Shown one piece after another: positions 31,572 through 42,926 of a DNA stretch of 64,000 bases. Source of the DNA: Nevskiales bacterium (GTDB taxonomy: Bacteria > Pseudomonadota > Gammaproteobacteria > Nevskiales > DATLYR01); assembly GCA_035574475.1 (NCBI GenBank), contig DATLYR010000087.1:4696-68695 (forward strand), read 5' to 3'. The notes beneath the pieces were generated by a model, which was given only the letters and a program-made list of their open reading frames with translations, was not told the origin of the DNA and made no database searches. Made by a program: the position numbers and the translations under genes. Each line of letters begins with the position of its first letter. Position 1 is the stretch's first letter.

Positions 31572-32303
31572 ATGTCCCAAAAACCCGCGTACCAGCGCAT
31601 TCTCCTGAAACTCAGCGGCGAAGCGTTGATGGGCGATGCCGACTACGGCATTTCCCCCGCGGTCATGGAGCGTCTGGCCGGCGAGATCGGGGAGGTGGTC
31701 CGGGCCGGGGTGCAGGTGGCGCTGGTGGTCGGCGGCGGCAACATCTTCCGTGGCGAGGGCTTGGCGCGCGCCGGCATGGACCGCGTCACCGGCGACCACA
31801 TGGGCATGCTGGCGACCGTGATCAACTCGCTGGCGCTGCAGGACGCCATCGAGCGTCATGGCATGACTGCGCGCGTCATGTCCGCGATCCGCATCAATGA
31901 GGTCTGCGAGGACTACATCCGCCGCCGCGCCGTTCGCCACCTGGAAAAGGGCCGCGTGGTGATCTTCGCCTCCGGCACCGGCAATCCCTTCTTTACCACC
32001 GACTCGGCGGCCAGCCTGCGCGCGATCGAGATCGGCGCCGAGCTGATGCTCAAGGCCACCAAGGTGGACGGCATCTACGATGCCGACCCGCTCAAACATC
32101 CCCAGGCCAGGCGCTACGAGCGCCTGACCTACGACCAGGTGCTCGACCAGCGCCTCAACGTGATGGACCTGACCGCGATCGTTCTCTGCCGCGACAACCA
32201 CCTGCCGCTACGGGTGTTCGACATGAACCGCGCTGGCGATCTGATGCGCATCGTCATGGGCGCCCAGGACATCGGCACGCTGGTGGAAGACGGCCGGTCG
32301 TGA
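31572..32303 (+). CDS. pyrH: UMP kinase
   Basis: 243 aa. [20 protein letters not shown]. Confidence 0.97.
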   Translation: MSQKPAYQRILLKLSGEALMGDADYGISPAVMERLAGEIGEVVRAGVQVALVVGGGNIFRGEGLARAGMDRVTGDHMGMLATVINSLALQDAIERHGMTARVMSAIRINEVCEDYIRRRAVRHLEKGRVVIFASGTGNPFFTTDSAASLRAIEIGAELMLKATKVDGIYDADPLKHPQARRYERLTYDQVLDQRLNVMDLTAIVLCRDNHLPLRVFDMNRAGDLMRIVMGAQDIGTLVEDGRS

Positions 32304-32327
32304 CGTGAACAAATTAAGGACTCAGCC

Positions 32328-32885
32328 ATGATCGAAGACGCCAAGAAAGACGCCCAGAAGCGCATGACCAAGTGCGTGGATGTGCTGCGCCAGGAACTGG
32401 TGAAGATCCGCACCGGGCGCGCGCACCCGAGTCTGCTGGACCACGTCAAGGTGGATTATTACGGTTCCGAGGTGCCCGTCAGCCAGTGCGCCAACGTGGT
32501 GGCCGAGGACGCACGCACCCTGTCGATCACGCCCTGGGACCGTGGCATGGTACAGGCGATCGAGAAGGCCATCATGACCTCCGACCTGGGCCTCAATCCC
32601 TCCACCGCCGGCACCGTGATCCGCATCATCCTGCCGGCGCTGACCGAGGAGCGCCGCCGCGAACTGGTCAAGATCGTGCGCAGTGAGGGCGAGAACGCGC
32701 GTGTCGCGATCCGCAACGTGCGGCGCGACAGTAACCAGGACCTCAAGGACATGTTGAAGGAAAAAATGATCAGCGAGGACGAGCTCAAGCGCGGCGAGCA
32801 GGAGATCCAGAAACTGACCGATCAGTACATCGCTGAGGTGGACCGGCTGCTGGAGAACAAGGAAAAGGAGATGATGGCGCTGTGA
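32328..32885 (+). CDS. frr: Ribosome recycling factor
   Basis: 185 aa, typical RRF sequence and position after pyrH. Confidence 0.97.
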   Translation: MIEDAKKDAQKRMTKCVDVLRQELVKIRTGRAHPSLLDHVKVDYYGSEVPVSQCANVVAEDARTLSITPWDRGMVQAIEKAIMTSDLGLNPSTAGTVIRIILPALTEERRRELVKIVRSEGENARVAIRNVRRDSNQDLKDMLKEKMISEDELKRGEQEIQKLTDQYIAEVDRLLENKEKEMMAL

Positions 32886-32946
32886 CCGCGCCTGCGCCGC
32901 CTAGCGGCGATGTGCCCGCGCTTCCGACACTGCTCCAGTCCCGCCC

Positions 32947-33681
32947 ATGCCCGAAACCGCGCCTTTGCACCTTCCCCGCCATCTCGCCGTGATCATGGAC
33001 GGCAACGGGCGCTGGGCGCAGCGCCGGCTGTTGCCGCGAACGGCCGGGCACCGTGCCGGCGTCAAGTCCACACGGCTGCTCGTGGAGAACGCCGCGCGCC
33101 GCGGGATCGGCATCGTCACCGTCTTTGCCTTCAGCAGCGAAAACTGGAACCGCCCGCCCGACGAGGTCGGCATGCTGATGGACCTTTTTCTGCGCTCGCT
33201 CAGGCAGGAAGCCGCCGAGCTGCACGAGAACCGTATCCGCCTGCGTTTCATCGGCGACCGTTCGGCTTTCCAGCCCTTGCTGCGCGAGGAGATGGCCAGG
33301 GCCGAGGCGCTGACGGCGGCCAACGACCGGCTGGATCTGATCGTCGCGGTCGGCTATGGCGGCCGCTGGGACATCGTGCAGGCAGCGCGTGGGCTGGTGG
33401 CGCAGGCCCTGCGCGGCGAACTGCGCGCTGAGCACGTGACCGAGCAGCGCTTTGCCGCTGAGCTGAGCCTGGCCGGCCTCCCGGAGCCGGACCTGCTGAT
33501 CCGTACCGGCGGCGAGCAGCGCATCAGCAATTTCCTGATGTGGCACTTCGCCTATACTGAGCTGTACTTTTGTGAAACCCTGTGGCCGGATTTCGATGAG
33601 GCGGCCCTCGACCAGGCCCTCGCGTGGTATGCCAGCCGCCAGCGCCGCTTCGGCCGCGTGCCGGCGCCGGACGGGGACTGA
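32947..33681 (+). CDS. uppS: Ditrans,polycis-undecaprenyl-diphosphate synthase
   Basis: HLAVIMDGNGRWA and RTGGEQRISNFLMWHFAYTELYF motifs. Confidence 0.96.
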   Translation: MPETAPLHLPRHLAVIMDGNGRWAQRRLLPRTAGHRAGVKSTRLLVENAARRGIGIVTVFAFSSENWNRPPDEVGMLMDLFLRSLRQEAAELHENRIRLRFIGDRSAFQPLLREEMARAEALTAANDRLDLIVAVGYGGRWDIVQAARGLVAQALRGELRAEHVTEQRFAAELSLAGLPEPDLLIRTGGEQRISNFLMWHFAYTELYFCETLWPDFDEAALDQALAWYASRQRRFGRVPAPDGD

Positions 33682-33684
33682 GCG

Positions 33685-34506
33685 ATGTTGATGCAGCGGG
33701 TGATCACTGCGCTGATCCTGATCCCGCCCGTGGTGGCCGCCGTGTGGTTCCTGCCGACTGCGGCTATCGCCGTGGCACTGGCGCTGTTGATGCTGATCGG
33801 CGCCTGGGAGTGGGGACAGCTGATGCGACTACGCGCGGTACCGCTGCGGATGGGCTATGTCGCCGTCGTGGCGGTACTGCTGCTGGTGCTATACGGGCTG
33901 CGCGAACACGCCGACCTGCAGCGTGGCATGCTGGGCCTGGCTCTGCTGTGGTGGCTGCTGGCCTTCTTGTGGGTGCTGCGCTATCCCGCAGGCCTGCGCA
34001 CCAATCAGCCGCGCCCCTGGCTGGTCGCGGGCATCGGTCTGTTGCTGCTGGGGCCGGCCTTCCTGGCGCTCGTGCTGTTGCACGCACGCCTGCAGGGACC
34101 GCTGTGGATCCTGTTCCTGCTGGCGCTGATCTGGGCGGCGGATACCGGCGCGTACTTCAGTGGCCGCAGTTTCGGTCATCACAAGCTGGCCGTACGCGTA
34201 AGCCCTGGCAAGACGTGGGAAGGCGCCGCCGGTGGCCTGTTGTTGAGCGCCACGGTCGCCGCGCTGGCCGGGCACTGGCTGTTCGACCTTGACGGCCGCC
34301 AATTGCTGCTGTTCGTCCTGCTGTGCGCCGGCGTGGTGGTGTTCTCGATCGTCGGCGACCTCACGGAGAGCATGTTCAAGCGCCATGCCGGCGTGAAGGA
34401 CAGCGGTACGCTGTTTCCCGGCCATGGCGGCGTGCTGGATCGGCTGGACAGCCTGTTCGCTGCGGCACCGCTGTTCCTCGGTGGGCTGCTGGTGATGGGG
34501 CTCTGA
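33685..34506 (+). CDS. cdsA: Phosphatidate cytidylyltransferase
   Basis: Polytopic membrane protein. Signature [28 protein letters not shown]. Confidence 0.95.
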   Translation: MLMQRVITALILIPPVVAAVWFLPTAAIAVALALLMLIGAWEWGQLMRLRAVPLRMGYVAVVAVLLLVLYGLREHADLQRGMLGLALLWWLLAFLWVLRYPAGLRTNQPRPWLVAGIGLLLLGPAFLALVLLHARLQGPLWILFLLALIWAADTGAYFSGRSFGHHKLAVRVSPGKTWEGAAGGLLLSATVAALAGHWLFDLDGRQLLLFVLLCAGVVVFSIVGDLTESMFKRHAGVKDSGTLFPGHGGVLDRLDSLFAAAPLFLGGLLVMGL

Positions 34507-34507
34507 C

Positions 34508-35713
34508 ATGCACGGACTCGCGGTACTCGGCGCGACCGGCACGATCGGCCTGAACACCCTCGACGTTGCCGCGCGCCATCCGGAGCGTTTCCGCATCCTG
34601 GCGCTCAGCGCGCACCGTGACGTCGCGCGCATGGTCGAACTCTGCTTGCGCCACCGCCCCGCATACGCCGTAATGGGCGATGCCGCCGGCGCCGAAGCCT
34701 TGCAGGCACAGTTGCGCGGCCCGCTGCCCGGAACCGAAGTGCTGTACGGCGCCGCCGCGCTGGCGGCGGTCGTCGCCCTGCCGGAGGTCACGCAGGTCAT
34801 GGCGGGTATCGTCGGCGCAGCCGGGTTGCTGCCGACCCTGGCCGCGGTACGCGCCGGCAAGCGTGTGTTGCTGGCCAACAAAGAGCCGCTGGTGATGGCC
34901 GGCCGCCTGTTCATGCACGAACTGGCCCATGGCAACGCCACGCTGATTCCCGTCGACAGCGAGCACAACGCCATCTTCCAGTGTCTACCGGCCGGCTATC
35001 GCTGCGGCATGCGGCCGAGCGGCGTCCGGCGGATCATCCTCACGGCCTCGGGCGGGCCCTTTCGCGAGCTGCCGCTGGCGCAGCTGCGTGGCGTCACCCC
35101 GGAGCAGGCGGTTCGCCATCCGAACTGGGTGATGGGGCGGAAAATCTCGGTGGATTCCGCCACGATGATGAACAAGGGCCTGGAACTGATCGAGGCCGCG
35201 TGGCTGTTCGCGCTCCCACCCGAGCGCCTCGAAGTCATGCTGCATCCGCAGAGTCTCGTGCACTCGCTGGTGGAGTTCGATGACGGCTCGCAGCTGGCGC
35301 AGCTCGGCCAGCCCGACATGCGGGTGCCCATCGCCAATGCGCTGGCCTGGCCGGAGCGGATCGAGTCCGGTGCCGCCACGCTCGACCTGGCCGGCGCAGG
35401 ACGGCTGGATTTCGCCGCGCTGGATGCCATGCGCTATCCCTGCCTGGATCTGGCACGGCAGGCCTTGAGCGCGGGCGGCGATGCACCGGCGGTGCTCAAC
35501 GCGGCCAACGAAGTGGCGGTGGAGGCATTCCTCGAACACCGCATCGCCTTCACGGCGATCCCCGAGGTGATCGATCGCTGTCTCGATGCGCTGCCGCGGG
35601 CACCGCGTGGCGCCAGCGATGAACTGCAACGCATCCTGGCGGTCGATGCCTGGGCGCGACAGGAAGCCGAGGTGCAGCTGACGAATCTGCAGAAGAGGCC
35701 GCTACATGCCTGA
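34508..35713 (+). CDS. dxr: 1-deoxy-D-xylulose 5-phosphate reductoisomerase
   Basis: 401 aa. [13 protein letters not shown] site, [11 protein letters not shown]. Confidence 0.96.
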   Translation: MHGLAVLGATGTIGLNTLDVAARHPERFRILALSAHRDVARMVELCLRHRPAYAVMGDAAGAEALQAQLRGPLPGTEVLYGAAALAAVVALPEVTQVMAGIVGAAGLLPTLAAVRAGKRVLLANKEPLVMAGRLFMHELAHGNATLIPVDSEHNAIFQCLPAGYRCGMRPSGVRRIILTASGGPFRELPLAQLRGVTPEQAVRHPNWVMGRKISVDSATMMNKGLELIEAAWLFALPPERLEVMLHPQSLVHSLVEFDDGSQLAQLGQPDMRVPIANALAWPERIESGAATLDLAGAGRLDFAALDAMRYPCLDLARQALSAGGDAPAVLNAANEVAVEAFLEHRIAFTAIPEVIDRCLDALPRAPRGASDELQRILAVDAWARQEAEVQLTNLQKRPLHA

Positions 35714-37064
35714 GTGGATCATTTCCATTCCCTCGTTCATCTTCGCGATCGCCGTTCTGGTGGCGGTGCACGAATGGGGGCATTTTTGGGTGGCGCGCCG
35801 GCTGGGTGTTCGCGTGCTGCGTTTCTCCATCGGTTTCGGCAAGCGCCTGTGGGGCTGGACCGGGCGCGACGGCACCGAGTACTGGATTTCGGTGGTGCCG
35901 CTGGGCGGTTATGTGAAGATGCTCGACGAACGCGAGGGGCCTGTGGCAGCAGAAGAGCTGCACCGCGCCTTCAATCGCCAGCCGGTCGGTGCCCGCATCC
36001 TGATCGTGGCCGCCGGACCCCTGCTCAATTTCCTGTTCGCCATCGCCGCCTACTGGGTGATCTTCATCATCGGCATCCCGGGCCTGAAGCCGCTGCTGGC
36101 CGAGGTGCCCAGGGACAGCGTGGCCTACAGCGCCGGCTTGCGCGGTGGCGAGGAAATCCTCGCCGTGGAGGACAGTCCGATCGTGACGTGGAACGAGCTG
36201 CGTACGGAGCTGCTCAAGTCGGCGCTGCGCAAGCAGACCGTGCGCGTGCAGGCACGGGAGGCGGATGGCGATGTCTCGGTTCATCTGCTGTCGCTGGAAG
36301 GCCAGTCCGCCGACCCCGAGCAGCTGTTCCCGGCGCTGGGCATGAACCCATACCAGCCGCGCATCGAGCCGGTCATCGGCACGATCGAGGCCGGTAGCCC
36401 TGCGCAACACGCCGGCCTGCGTGCCGGAGACCGCGTGCTGGCGGTGGATGGCCTGCCGGTGCAGGATTGGGCGGCGCTGGTCGAGTGGATCCGTGCCCAC
36501 CCGGATACCCGGTCGCAGCTGCAGGTGTTGCGCAACGGCGAAACCCTGACGCTGCCGATCACCATCGGCGCCGTCGGCGAGGGCGCGGCGCGCAGCGGCC
36601 GCATCGGCGCCGGCGTGGATGTAGACCCGGACTTGTGGCAGGATTTGCGGGCAGTTCGTAAGTATGGGCCGCTGCAGGCAATTCCCGCTGCCGTCGTGCA
36701 GACTTGGGATCTCTCGGTGCTGACCCTCAAGCTGATGGGTCGGATGCTGACCGGCGAGGTTTCGTGGCGCAATGTCAGTGGGCCGATCCAGATCGCGCAG
36801 TTTGCGGGCTACACGGCGAGCGTCGGGCTGGTGTCATTCCTGGGCTTCCTGGCGCTGGTCAGCGTCAGCCTCGGCGTATTGAACCTGCTGCCGGTACCGG
36901 TGCTGGATGGAGGACACCTTCTGTATTACGGTCTGGAACTCGTGCGCGGCAAGCCCCTGTCGGAGACCGCCCAGATTCTGGGACAGAAGGTAGGCCTGGC
37001 GCTATTGCTGGCCCTGATGTGCGTGGCGTTCTATAACGACATCACCCGCCTGCTGGCTCAATAA
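35706..37064 (+). CDS. rseP: Site-2 zinc metalloprotease RseP
   Basis: 452 aa. HEWGHF (HExxH), PDZ region, [12 protein letters not shown]. Confidence 0.95.
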   Translation: MPEWIISIPSFIFAIAVLVAVHEWGHFWVARRLGVRVLRFSIGFGKRLWGWTGRDGTEYWISVVPLGGYVKMLDEREGPVAAEELHRAFNRQPVGARILIVAAGPLLNFLFAIAAYWVIFIIGIPGLKPLLAEVPRDSVAYSAGLRGGEEILAVEDSPIVTWNELRTELLKSALRKQTVRVQAREADGDVSVHLLSLEGQSADPEQLFPALGMNPYQPRIEPVIGTIEAGSPAQHAGLRAGDRVLAVDGLPVQDWAALVEWIRAHPDTRSQLQVLRNGETLTLPITIGAVGEGAARSGRIGAGVDVDPDLWQDLRAVRKYGPLQAIPAAVVQTWDLSVLTLKLMGRMLTGEVSWRNVSGPIQIAQFAGYTASVGLVSFLGFLALVSVSLGVLNLLPVPVLDGGHLLYYGLELVRGKPLSETAQILGQKVGLALLLALMCVAFYNDITRLLAQ

Positions 37065-37088
37065 AAGAACACAAGGGAACCGTCGCTC

Positions 37089-39395
37089 ATGAGACTCAGC
37101 CGCAAGCTGCTGTGGATACTGCTGGGTACGCTGCTCAGCGTTCCGGCCTGGGCCTTCGAGGCCTTCATCATCGAGCACATCCGCGTCGAGGGCCTCCAGC
37201 GCCTCGAGGTCGGCACGGTTCTGACCTACCTGCCGCTGTCCACCGGCGACGAGATCAACGAGCAGACCGGCCAGCAGGCGATCCGCGCCCTGTACGGTAC
37301 CGGCCTGTTCCAGGACGTCAGCCTCGAGCGGGAGGGCGGCACCCTGGTGATCCGCGTGCAGGAGCGGCCCTCGATTTCGAGCCTGAGCATCGAGGGCAAC
37401 AAGAAGCTGGGCGGCGACGAGCTGAAGAAAGGCCTCGCCGACGCGGGGCTGGCGGAAGGGGAGCTGTTCAAGCGCGCGCTGCTGGATGGCGTCGAGCAGG
37501 AACTGCGCCGGCAGTACTACGCCAACGGTTTCTACGGCGTGCAGATCAAGACCGAGGTCGTCGAGGAGCCCGACAACCGCGTCAAGGTGGCGATCAAGAT
37601 CACCGAGGGCGAGGTCGCCAAGATCAGCCAGATCAACATCGTCGGCAATAACGCCTTCACCGACGAGGAGCTACTCGAGTCCTTCAAGCTGGAGCCGACC
37701 CGGGTCATCGCCTTCTTCCAGAAGAGTGACCGCTACTCCAAGCAGCAGTTGCTGGGTGACCTCGAGAGCCTGAGCTCCTACTACCAGGATCGCGGCTACC
37801 TGCGCTTCAGCGTGGACTCGGTACAGGTGGCGCTGAGCCCGGACAAGCGCGACATCTTCGTCACGGTCAACGTTTCCGAGGGGCGCGTGTATAAGGTGCG
37901 CGACTTCAGCCTTACCGGTAACCTGGTGCTGACGGAGGAGCAGCTGCGGCGCCTGATTACGGTCAAGGCGGGCGACACCTTCTCGCGGCGCGAGGCGACC
38001 GAGAGCGGCAACCGCATCAGCGCCGTGCTGTCGGACCTCGGCTATGCCTTCGCCAAGGTCGAGCCGGTGCCCGAGGTGCACGACGAGGCGCAGGAGGTCA
38101 GCATCGACTTCCGCGTGGATGCCGGCAAGCGCGTGTACGTGCGCCGCATCAACTTCACCGGCCACGCCAAGACCAACGACGAAACCCTGCGGCGCGAGAT
38201 GCGCCAGCTCGAGGGCGCGCCCTTCTCGCGCACGGCGGTGGAACGCTCGCGCACCCGCCTGGCGCGCCTGCCGTTCATCGAGGAGGCGGAGGTCGAGACC
38301 AAGCCGGTCCCCGGCACGGAGGACCAGGTGGACGTCAACTTCACAGTCAAAGAACGCCCGCCAGGCTCGATCCAGCTGGGTGTCGGCTTCTCGGACGCCT
38401 CGGGTTTCCTGATCTCCGGCAGTGTGACGCATACCAATTTCCGCGGCACCGGCGACCGGGTCGAGTTCAGTGCACAAAACAATGAGTTCTCCAGGCAGTT
38501 CAGCGCCAGCTGGACCGATCCTTATGCCACCCGCGACGGTGTGAGCCGCACGATCGCCGCATTCTTCCGCAAGTCCGAGCAGGTGGTCCGCTTCAGCTCC
38601 GGCTTCAACATCAACGCTACCGGGCTGTCGCTGACCTATGGCCTGCCGATCAGCGAGTTCTCGGCGCTGCGCCTGGGACTGGCTTACGAGCAGACATCGG
38701 TGGACGCCTTCACCGGCATCAGCTCGGATGAGCTGCTGTTGTTCACGACCGAAAACGGCACCAAGTTCGACGCTTATGAACTGCGCACCGGCGCATCCCG
38801 CGACACCCGGAATCGTACGGTATTCGCCACCAGCGGCATGCTGGATCGCTTCAATTTCGACCTGGTGCTGCCCGGCAGCGACCTGACCTATTACCGCGGC
38901 GTGTTCGATCACGAACAGTACATCCCGCTGCGCGCAGATTTCATCGTCCAGCTCAAGGGGCGACTGGGATATGCCGATGGCTACGGCGACAGCCGGGACA
39001 TCCCGCCTTATGAGAATTTCTTCGCCGGCGGCTTCGAGTCAGTGCGTGGTTTTCGGGATGGCACGCTTGGCCCGCGCGATACGCCGGCCCCCGGACGCGA
39101 GTCCAACCCATTCGGTGGCAAGCTGGTGACCACCCTGCAGACTGAGCTGATCGTGCCCACGCCGCTGGAGAGCAACAACAAGTCCACGCGTCTGTCGGTG
39201 TTCTTCGATGTCGGCAACGTGTTTGCTGAGCCGGGCGACTTCGACCTGTCCGACCTGCGGCAGTCCACGGGTGTGGCGTTCTACTGGCTGACGCCGTTCT
39301 TCGGCGTACTCAAAGTCAGTCTGGCATACCCGCTGAACGAGGAAGACGAGGACGAGATCGACCGGTTCCAGATCTCCTTCGGCGTAGGGCTGTGA
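37089..39395 (+). CDS. bamA: Outer membrane protein assembly factor BamA
   Basis: 768 aa with a signal peptide. POTRA repeats followed by an Omp85 C-terminal barrel. Canonical position after rseP. Confidence 0.96.
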   Translation: MRLSRKLLWILLGTLLSVPAWAFEAFIIEHIRVEGLQRLEVGTVLTYLPLSTGDEINEQTGQQAIRALYGTGLFQDVSLEREGGTLVIRVQERPSISSLSIEGNKKLGGDELKKGLADAGLAEGELFKRALLDGVEQELRRQYYANGFYGVQIKTEVVEEPDNRVKVAIKITEGEVAKISQINIVGNNAFTDEELLESFKLEPTRVIAFFQKSDRYSKQQLLGDLESLSSYYQDRGYLRFSVDSVQVALSPDKRDIFVTVNVSEGRVYKVRDFSLTGNLVLTEEQLRRLITVKAGDTFSRREATESGNRISAVLSDLGYAFAKVEPVPEVHDEAQEVSIDFRVDAGKRVYVRRINFTGHAKTNDETLRREMRQLEGAPFSRTAVERSRTRLARLPFIEEAEVETKPVPGTEDQVDVNFTVKERPPGSIQLGVGFSDASGFLISGSVTHTNFRGTGDRVEFSAQNNEFSRQFSASWTDPYATRDGVSRTIAAFFRKSEQVVRFSSGFNINATGLSLTYGLPISEFSALRLGLAYEQTSVDAFTGISSDELLLFTTENGTKFDAYELRTGASRDTRNRTVFATSGMLDRFNFDLVLPGSDLTYYRGVFDHEQYIPLRADFIVQLKGRLGYADGYGDSRDIPPYENFFAGGFESVRGFRDGTLGPRDTPAPGRESNPFGGKLVTTLQTELIVPTPLESNNKSTRLSVFFDVGNVFAEPGDFDLSDLRQSTGVAFYWLTPFFGVLKVSLAYPLNEEDEDEIDRFQISFGVGL

Positions 39396-39421
39396 TGTGC
39401 GGAACCCCTTTGTGTGAGGCA

Positions 39422-39949
39422 ATGGCTGTGAAGATCCTGAAATCGATTCTATGTGCATTCCTGGTCGCCGGGTTGGTCGGCTTTGCCGGTAGTGCAGCAG
39501 CGCAGACGCGTGTGGCGGTGGTCAATATCTCCAAGCTGGTCACGGAGTCCCCGCAGGCGGCCAGTGCGCGCCAGAAGATGGACCAGGAGTTCTCCGCGCG
39601 ACGCAAGCGGCTGGAGGGTCTGCAGGAGAAACTCATCGCCGACGTTGACAAGGCCAAGAAGGACGCGGCGGTGATGAGCGAGGACCAGAAGAAAAAGACC
39701 CAGGAGGACCTGTCCCGCCGCCAGCGCGAGTTCGCTCAGCAGCAGGGTGAATACAACGCCGAGGTCGCGCGTCGCGAGCAGCAGGAACTCGAGGCCCTGC
39801 GCAAGACCATCCTCGAGGTGGTGGCCGAGGTCGCACGCCAGAACAAGTACGACGTCGTGATCGGCGACGGGGTGGTCTACGCCGCCGACGCGGTCAACAT
39901 TACCGACAAGGTGCTGGCCGCGATGCGCAGCAAGGCTGGCAAGCCCTGA
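39422..39949 (+). CDS. skp: Periplasmic chaperone Skp (OmpH)
   Basis: Start at ATG 39422 (MAVKILKSILCAFLVAGLVGFAGSAAA signal peptide). Charged coiled-coil body. Lies between bamA and lpxD. Confidence 0.9.
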   Translation: MAVKILKSILCAFLVAGLVGFAGSAAAQTRVAVVNISKLVTESPQAASARQKMDQEFSARRKRLEGLQEKLIADVDKAKKDAAVMSEDQKKKTQEDLSRRQREFAQQQGEYNAEVARREQQELEALRKTILEVVAEVARQNKYDVVIGDGVVYAADAVNITDKVLAAMRSKAGKP

Positions 39950-39960
39950 GCGGGCAGGCG

Positions 39961-40989
39961 ATGGAGCTTGCCCTGCAGGAGCTGGCAGCGCGCTTCGGGC
40001 TGGAGCTGCGCGGCGATCCCGCCACGCGCATCCGCGGGGTATGCAGCTTGGCACCGGGCCGTGACGGCTGCATCAGCTTTCTGGCCGATCCCGCCCTCGA
40101 AAAACAACTGACCGCCACCCGGGCGGCGGCCGTGATCCTGCGTCCGGCCTTGGCCGGCGCCTGTCGCGTGGCGGCCCTGATCAGTGACAACCCGCTGCTG
40201 GACTATGCCCGCATCGCTGCCCTGTGGGATCGGCGCATCCTGCCCGCACCGGGCGTGCATCCGACCGCCTTCGTCAACAGTCAGGCACGCGTCGATCCCA
40301 GCGCCAGCATAGGCCCGCATGCGGTGGTGCAGGCGGGTGCGCGCATCGGTCCCGGCGTCGAAGTCGGGCCGGGCTGCGTGATCGGCCACAACGCCGAGAT
40401 CGGTGCCGGCAGCCGGCTGGTGGCGAACGTCAGTGTCGCCGACCGTGTCAGCATCGGCCAGCGCGTCACCATCGAGCCTGGCGCCGTGATCGGCGGCCGC
40501 GGTTTCGGCCTGGCGCGCGACGGCGAACGCTGGGTCGAGATCCCCCAGCTGGGCAGTGTGCGCATCGGTGATGACGTCGAGATCGGCGCCAACGCGACCA
40601 TCGACCGCGGCGCGATCGAGGATACGGTCATCGAGGACGGGGTCAAGCTCGACAGCCACGTGCACATCGGCCACAACTGCCGCATCGGCGCGCACACGGT
40701 CATCGCCGGTTGCAGCGCCATTGCCGGGAGCGTGACCATCGGCCGCGGCTGCGTGCTCGCGGGCGCGGTCGGCATCGTGGATCACGTCATTCTGGGCGAC
40801 AATGTGGTGGTGACGGCACGTTCGCTGGTCACCCGAGACCTGACCGAACCTGGAATGTACTCCTCCGGCTGGGGTGCGGTGCCGGCGGCGGAATGGCGCC
40901 GGCAGGTCGCCAGCCTGCGGCGCCTGGCGGAGCGGCCGGCACGGGGCAAGTCGCGGCCGCGCCGCGGCCAATCGGGAGAGGACAGGTGA
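39961..40989 (+). CDS. lpxD: UDP-3-O-acylglucosamine N-acyltransferase
   Basis: 342 aa, left-handed beta-helix hexapeptide repeats, canonical position. Confidence 0.95.
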   Translation: MELALQELAARFGLELRGDPATRIRGVCSLAPGRDGCISFLADPALEKQLTATRAAAVILRPALAGACRVAALISDNPLLDYARIAALWDRRILPAPGVHPTAFVNSQARVDPSASIGPHAVVQAGARIGPGVEVGPGCVIGHNAEIGAGSRLVANVSVADRVSIGQRVTIEPGAVIGGRGFGLARDGERWVEIPQLGSVRIGDDVEIGANATIDRGAIEDTVIEDGVKLDSHVHIGHNCRIGAHTVIAGCSAIAGSVTIGRGCVLAGAVGIVDHVILGDNVVVTARSLVTRDLTEPGMYSSGWGAVPAAEWRRQVASLRRLAERPARGKSRPRRGQSGEDR

Positions 40990-41450
40990 AGTCTGCGGAC
41001 ATCAACGAAATCATGCGGCTGCTGCCGCACCGTTATCCCTTCCTGCTGGTGGACCGGGTGCTGGAATGCGAACCCGGCCAGCGCATCCTGGCGATCAAGA
41101 ACGTCAGCATGAACGAGCCGTTCTTCATGGGGCATTTCCCGCAGCGGCCGGTGATGCCGGGCGTGCTGATCGTCGAGGCGCTCGCCCAGGCCGCGTGCCT
41201 GCTTGGCATCTGGAGCGCGGAGGGCGGGATGGAAGCGGGCACGCTCTATTACTTCCTGGGTATCGACAAGGCGCGCTTCAAGCGGCCCGTGGAACCCGGC
41301 GACCAGCTGCGGCTGCAGGTGCGTCTGGTCACCTCCAAGCGCGGCATCTGGAAGTTTGCCGCCGAGGCGCATGTCGGCCACGAGCTGGCCTGCGAGGCGG
41401 AAATCATGGCTACTGCGCGCAAACCCGCCGCACAGGGCGGTCAACCATGA
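40986..41450 (+). CDS. fabZ: 3-hydroxyacyl-ACP dehydratase FabZ
   Basis: GTG start 40986 overlapping the lpxD stop (GTGA). [30 protein letters not shown]. Confidence 0.94.
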   Translation: MKSADINEIMRLLPHRYPFLLVDRVLECEPGQRILAIKNVSMNEPFFMGHFPQRPVMPGVLIVEALAQAACLLGIWSAEGGMEAGTLYYFLGIDKARFKRPVEPGDQLRLQVRLVTSKRGIWKFAAEAHVGHELACEAEIMATARKPAAQGGQP

Positions 41451-42217
41451 TCGACCCGCGCGCGGTCGTACATCCCGAGGCGCGGCTGGGCCGCAACGTC
41501 AGCGTCGGCGCCTACAGCCTGATCGGCGCCGGTGTCGAGATCGGCGACAACACCTGGATCGGCCCGCATGTGGTCATCAACGGGCCGACGCGCATCGGTC
41601 ACAGCAATCGCATTTTTCAGTTCTGTTCGATCGGCGAGGAACCGCAGCACCGCAAGTACGCCGGGGAACCGACCCGGCTGGAGATCGGCGATCGCAATAT
41701 CATCCGCGAATACTGTTCGTTCCACCGCGGCACCACGGTGGACCAGGGCGTGACCCGGGTCGGCAGCGACAACTACCTGATGGCGCATGTACACGTGGCG
41801 CACGATTGCGTCGTGGGCAGCCACATCACCATGGCCAACAACGCCACCCTGGCGGGCCATGTGCAGGTCGGCGACCACTGCATCCTCGGCGGCTATGCGC
41901 TGGTGCACCAGTTCTGCCGTATCGGTACCCAGGCCTATCTCGGCTTCGCCTGCGCCGTGGCGCAAGACGTGCCACCCTATGTGATGGCCAACGGCAACCC
42001 GGCGGTGCCGCACGGCATCAACACCAAGGGGCTCAAGGCGCGCGGCTTCAGCACGGCGCAGATCGAAGCCCTGCGCAAGGCCTACAAGGTCCTGTACCGT
42101 TCGGATCTTTTATTCGCCGATGCCAGGCGCGAGCTGGCGCGGATGGGGGAGGGCGAGCCCGTGGTCAGGGTGCTGGCCGACTTCCTGAACGACTCCAAGC
42201 GCAGCATCATCCGCTGA
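41447..42217 (+). CDS. lpxA: Acyl-ACP--UDP-N-acetylglucosamine O-acyltransferase
   Basis: ATG 41447 overlaps the fabZ stop (ATGA). [15 protein letters not shown] and hexapeptide repeats. 256 aa. Confidence 0.95.
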   Translation: MIDPRAVVHPEARLGRNVSVGAYSLIGAGVEIGDNTWIGPHVVINGPTRIGHSNRIFQFCSIGEEPQHRKYAGEPTRLEIGDRNIIREYCSFHRGTTVDQGVTRVGSDNYLMAHVHVAHDCVVGSHITMANNATLAGHVQVGDHCILGGYALVHQFCRIGTQAYLGFACAVAQDVPPYVMANGNPAVPHGINTKGLKARGFSTAQIEALRKAYKVLYRSDLLFADARRELARMGEGEPVVRVLADFLNDSKRSIIR

Positions 42218-42235
42218 CAAATTAAGAACTGGACT

Positions 42236-42324
42236 GGATAACAGGATGAGCGGGATCAACAGGAAGGGTGTTTTCACAAATCAAGAATCTTGAGCTGTGA
42301 ATCCTGAAAATCCTGTCTATCCTG
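42236..42324. repeat. Inverted arrays of phased GGAT / ATCC(TG) motifs in the lpxA-rnhB spacer and first rnhB codons
   Basis: Top strand has GGAT at 42236, 42244 and 42253, and GGAA at 42262 (8-9 nt phasing). ATCCTG occurs at 42301, 42310 and 42319 (exact 9-nt phasing). ACAGGAT (42241-42247) is the reverse complement of ATCCTGT (42310-42316 and 42319-42325). Confidence 0.6.
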
Positions 42325-42896
42325 TCCATGCGTTGATTGCCGGGGTGGATGAGGCCGGACGCGGGCCGCTGGCCGGGCCGGTAGTGGCGGCGGCGGTGAT
42401 CCTGCACCCGGACCGGCCGATCGAGGGCCTGGCCGATTCCAAGACCCTGAGCGCCGCGCGCCGCGAGCGCCTGGCGCGCGAGATCCAGGCCAGCGCGCGG
42501 GCTTGGGCGCTGGGGCGGGCGGAGCCGGACGAGATCGATACGCTCAACATCCTGCAAGCCAGCCTGCTGGCGATGGCGCGCGCGGTGACTGCCCTGTCGC
42601 AGCCGCCCGACGAGATCCTGGTGGACGGCCGCCACCTGCCACCGGTGACCTGCCCGGCGCGTGCCATCGTCGGCGGCGACGCGAGCGTCCCGGCGATCAG
42701 CGCCGCTTCCATCCTGGCCAAGGTCGCGCGCGATACCGAGATGCTGGTACTCGATGCGCAATATCCGCAGTATGGCTTTGCGCGGCACAAGGGCTATCCC
42801 ACGGCCGAGCATCTGGCGGCACTACGCGCGCATGGCGCCTGCGCGATCCATCGCCGCTCGTTCGCACCGGTCCGGCGCTGCCTGGGTGCAGGGTAA
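42297..42896 (+). CDS. rnhB: Ribonuclease HII
   Basis: GTG 42297 is the only in-frame start (TGA at 42291 lies upstream). [26 protein letters not shown] matches the RNase HII N-terminus. No recognisable SD. Confidence 0.92.
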   Translation: MNPENPVYPVHALIAGVDEAGRGPLAGPVVAAAVILHPDRPIEGLADSKTLSAARRERLAREIQASARAWALGRAEPDEIDTLNILQASLLAMARAVTALSQPPDEILVDGRHLPPVTCPARAIVGGDASVPAISAASILAKVARDTEMLVLDAQYPQYGFARHKGYPTAEHLAALRAHGACAIHRRSFAPVRRCLGAG

Positions 42897-42926
42897 GATA
42901 GGGCGCGACCGGGCAGCCGTACCGCC

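Noticed and set aside
42218-42296. DnaA boxes, or an lpxB pseudogene remnant, in the lpxA-rnhB spacer.
   Set aside because: The best DnaA-box-like match (ACTGGATAA vs TGTGGATAA) is only 7/9 and isolated. 80 nt is far too short for any recognisable LpxB coding remnant, and none of the frames resembles LpxB.
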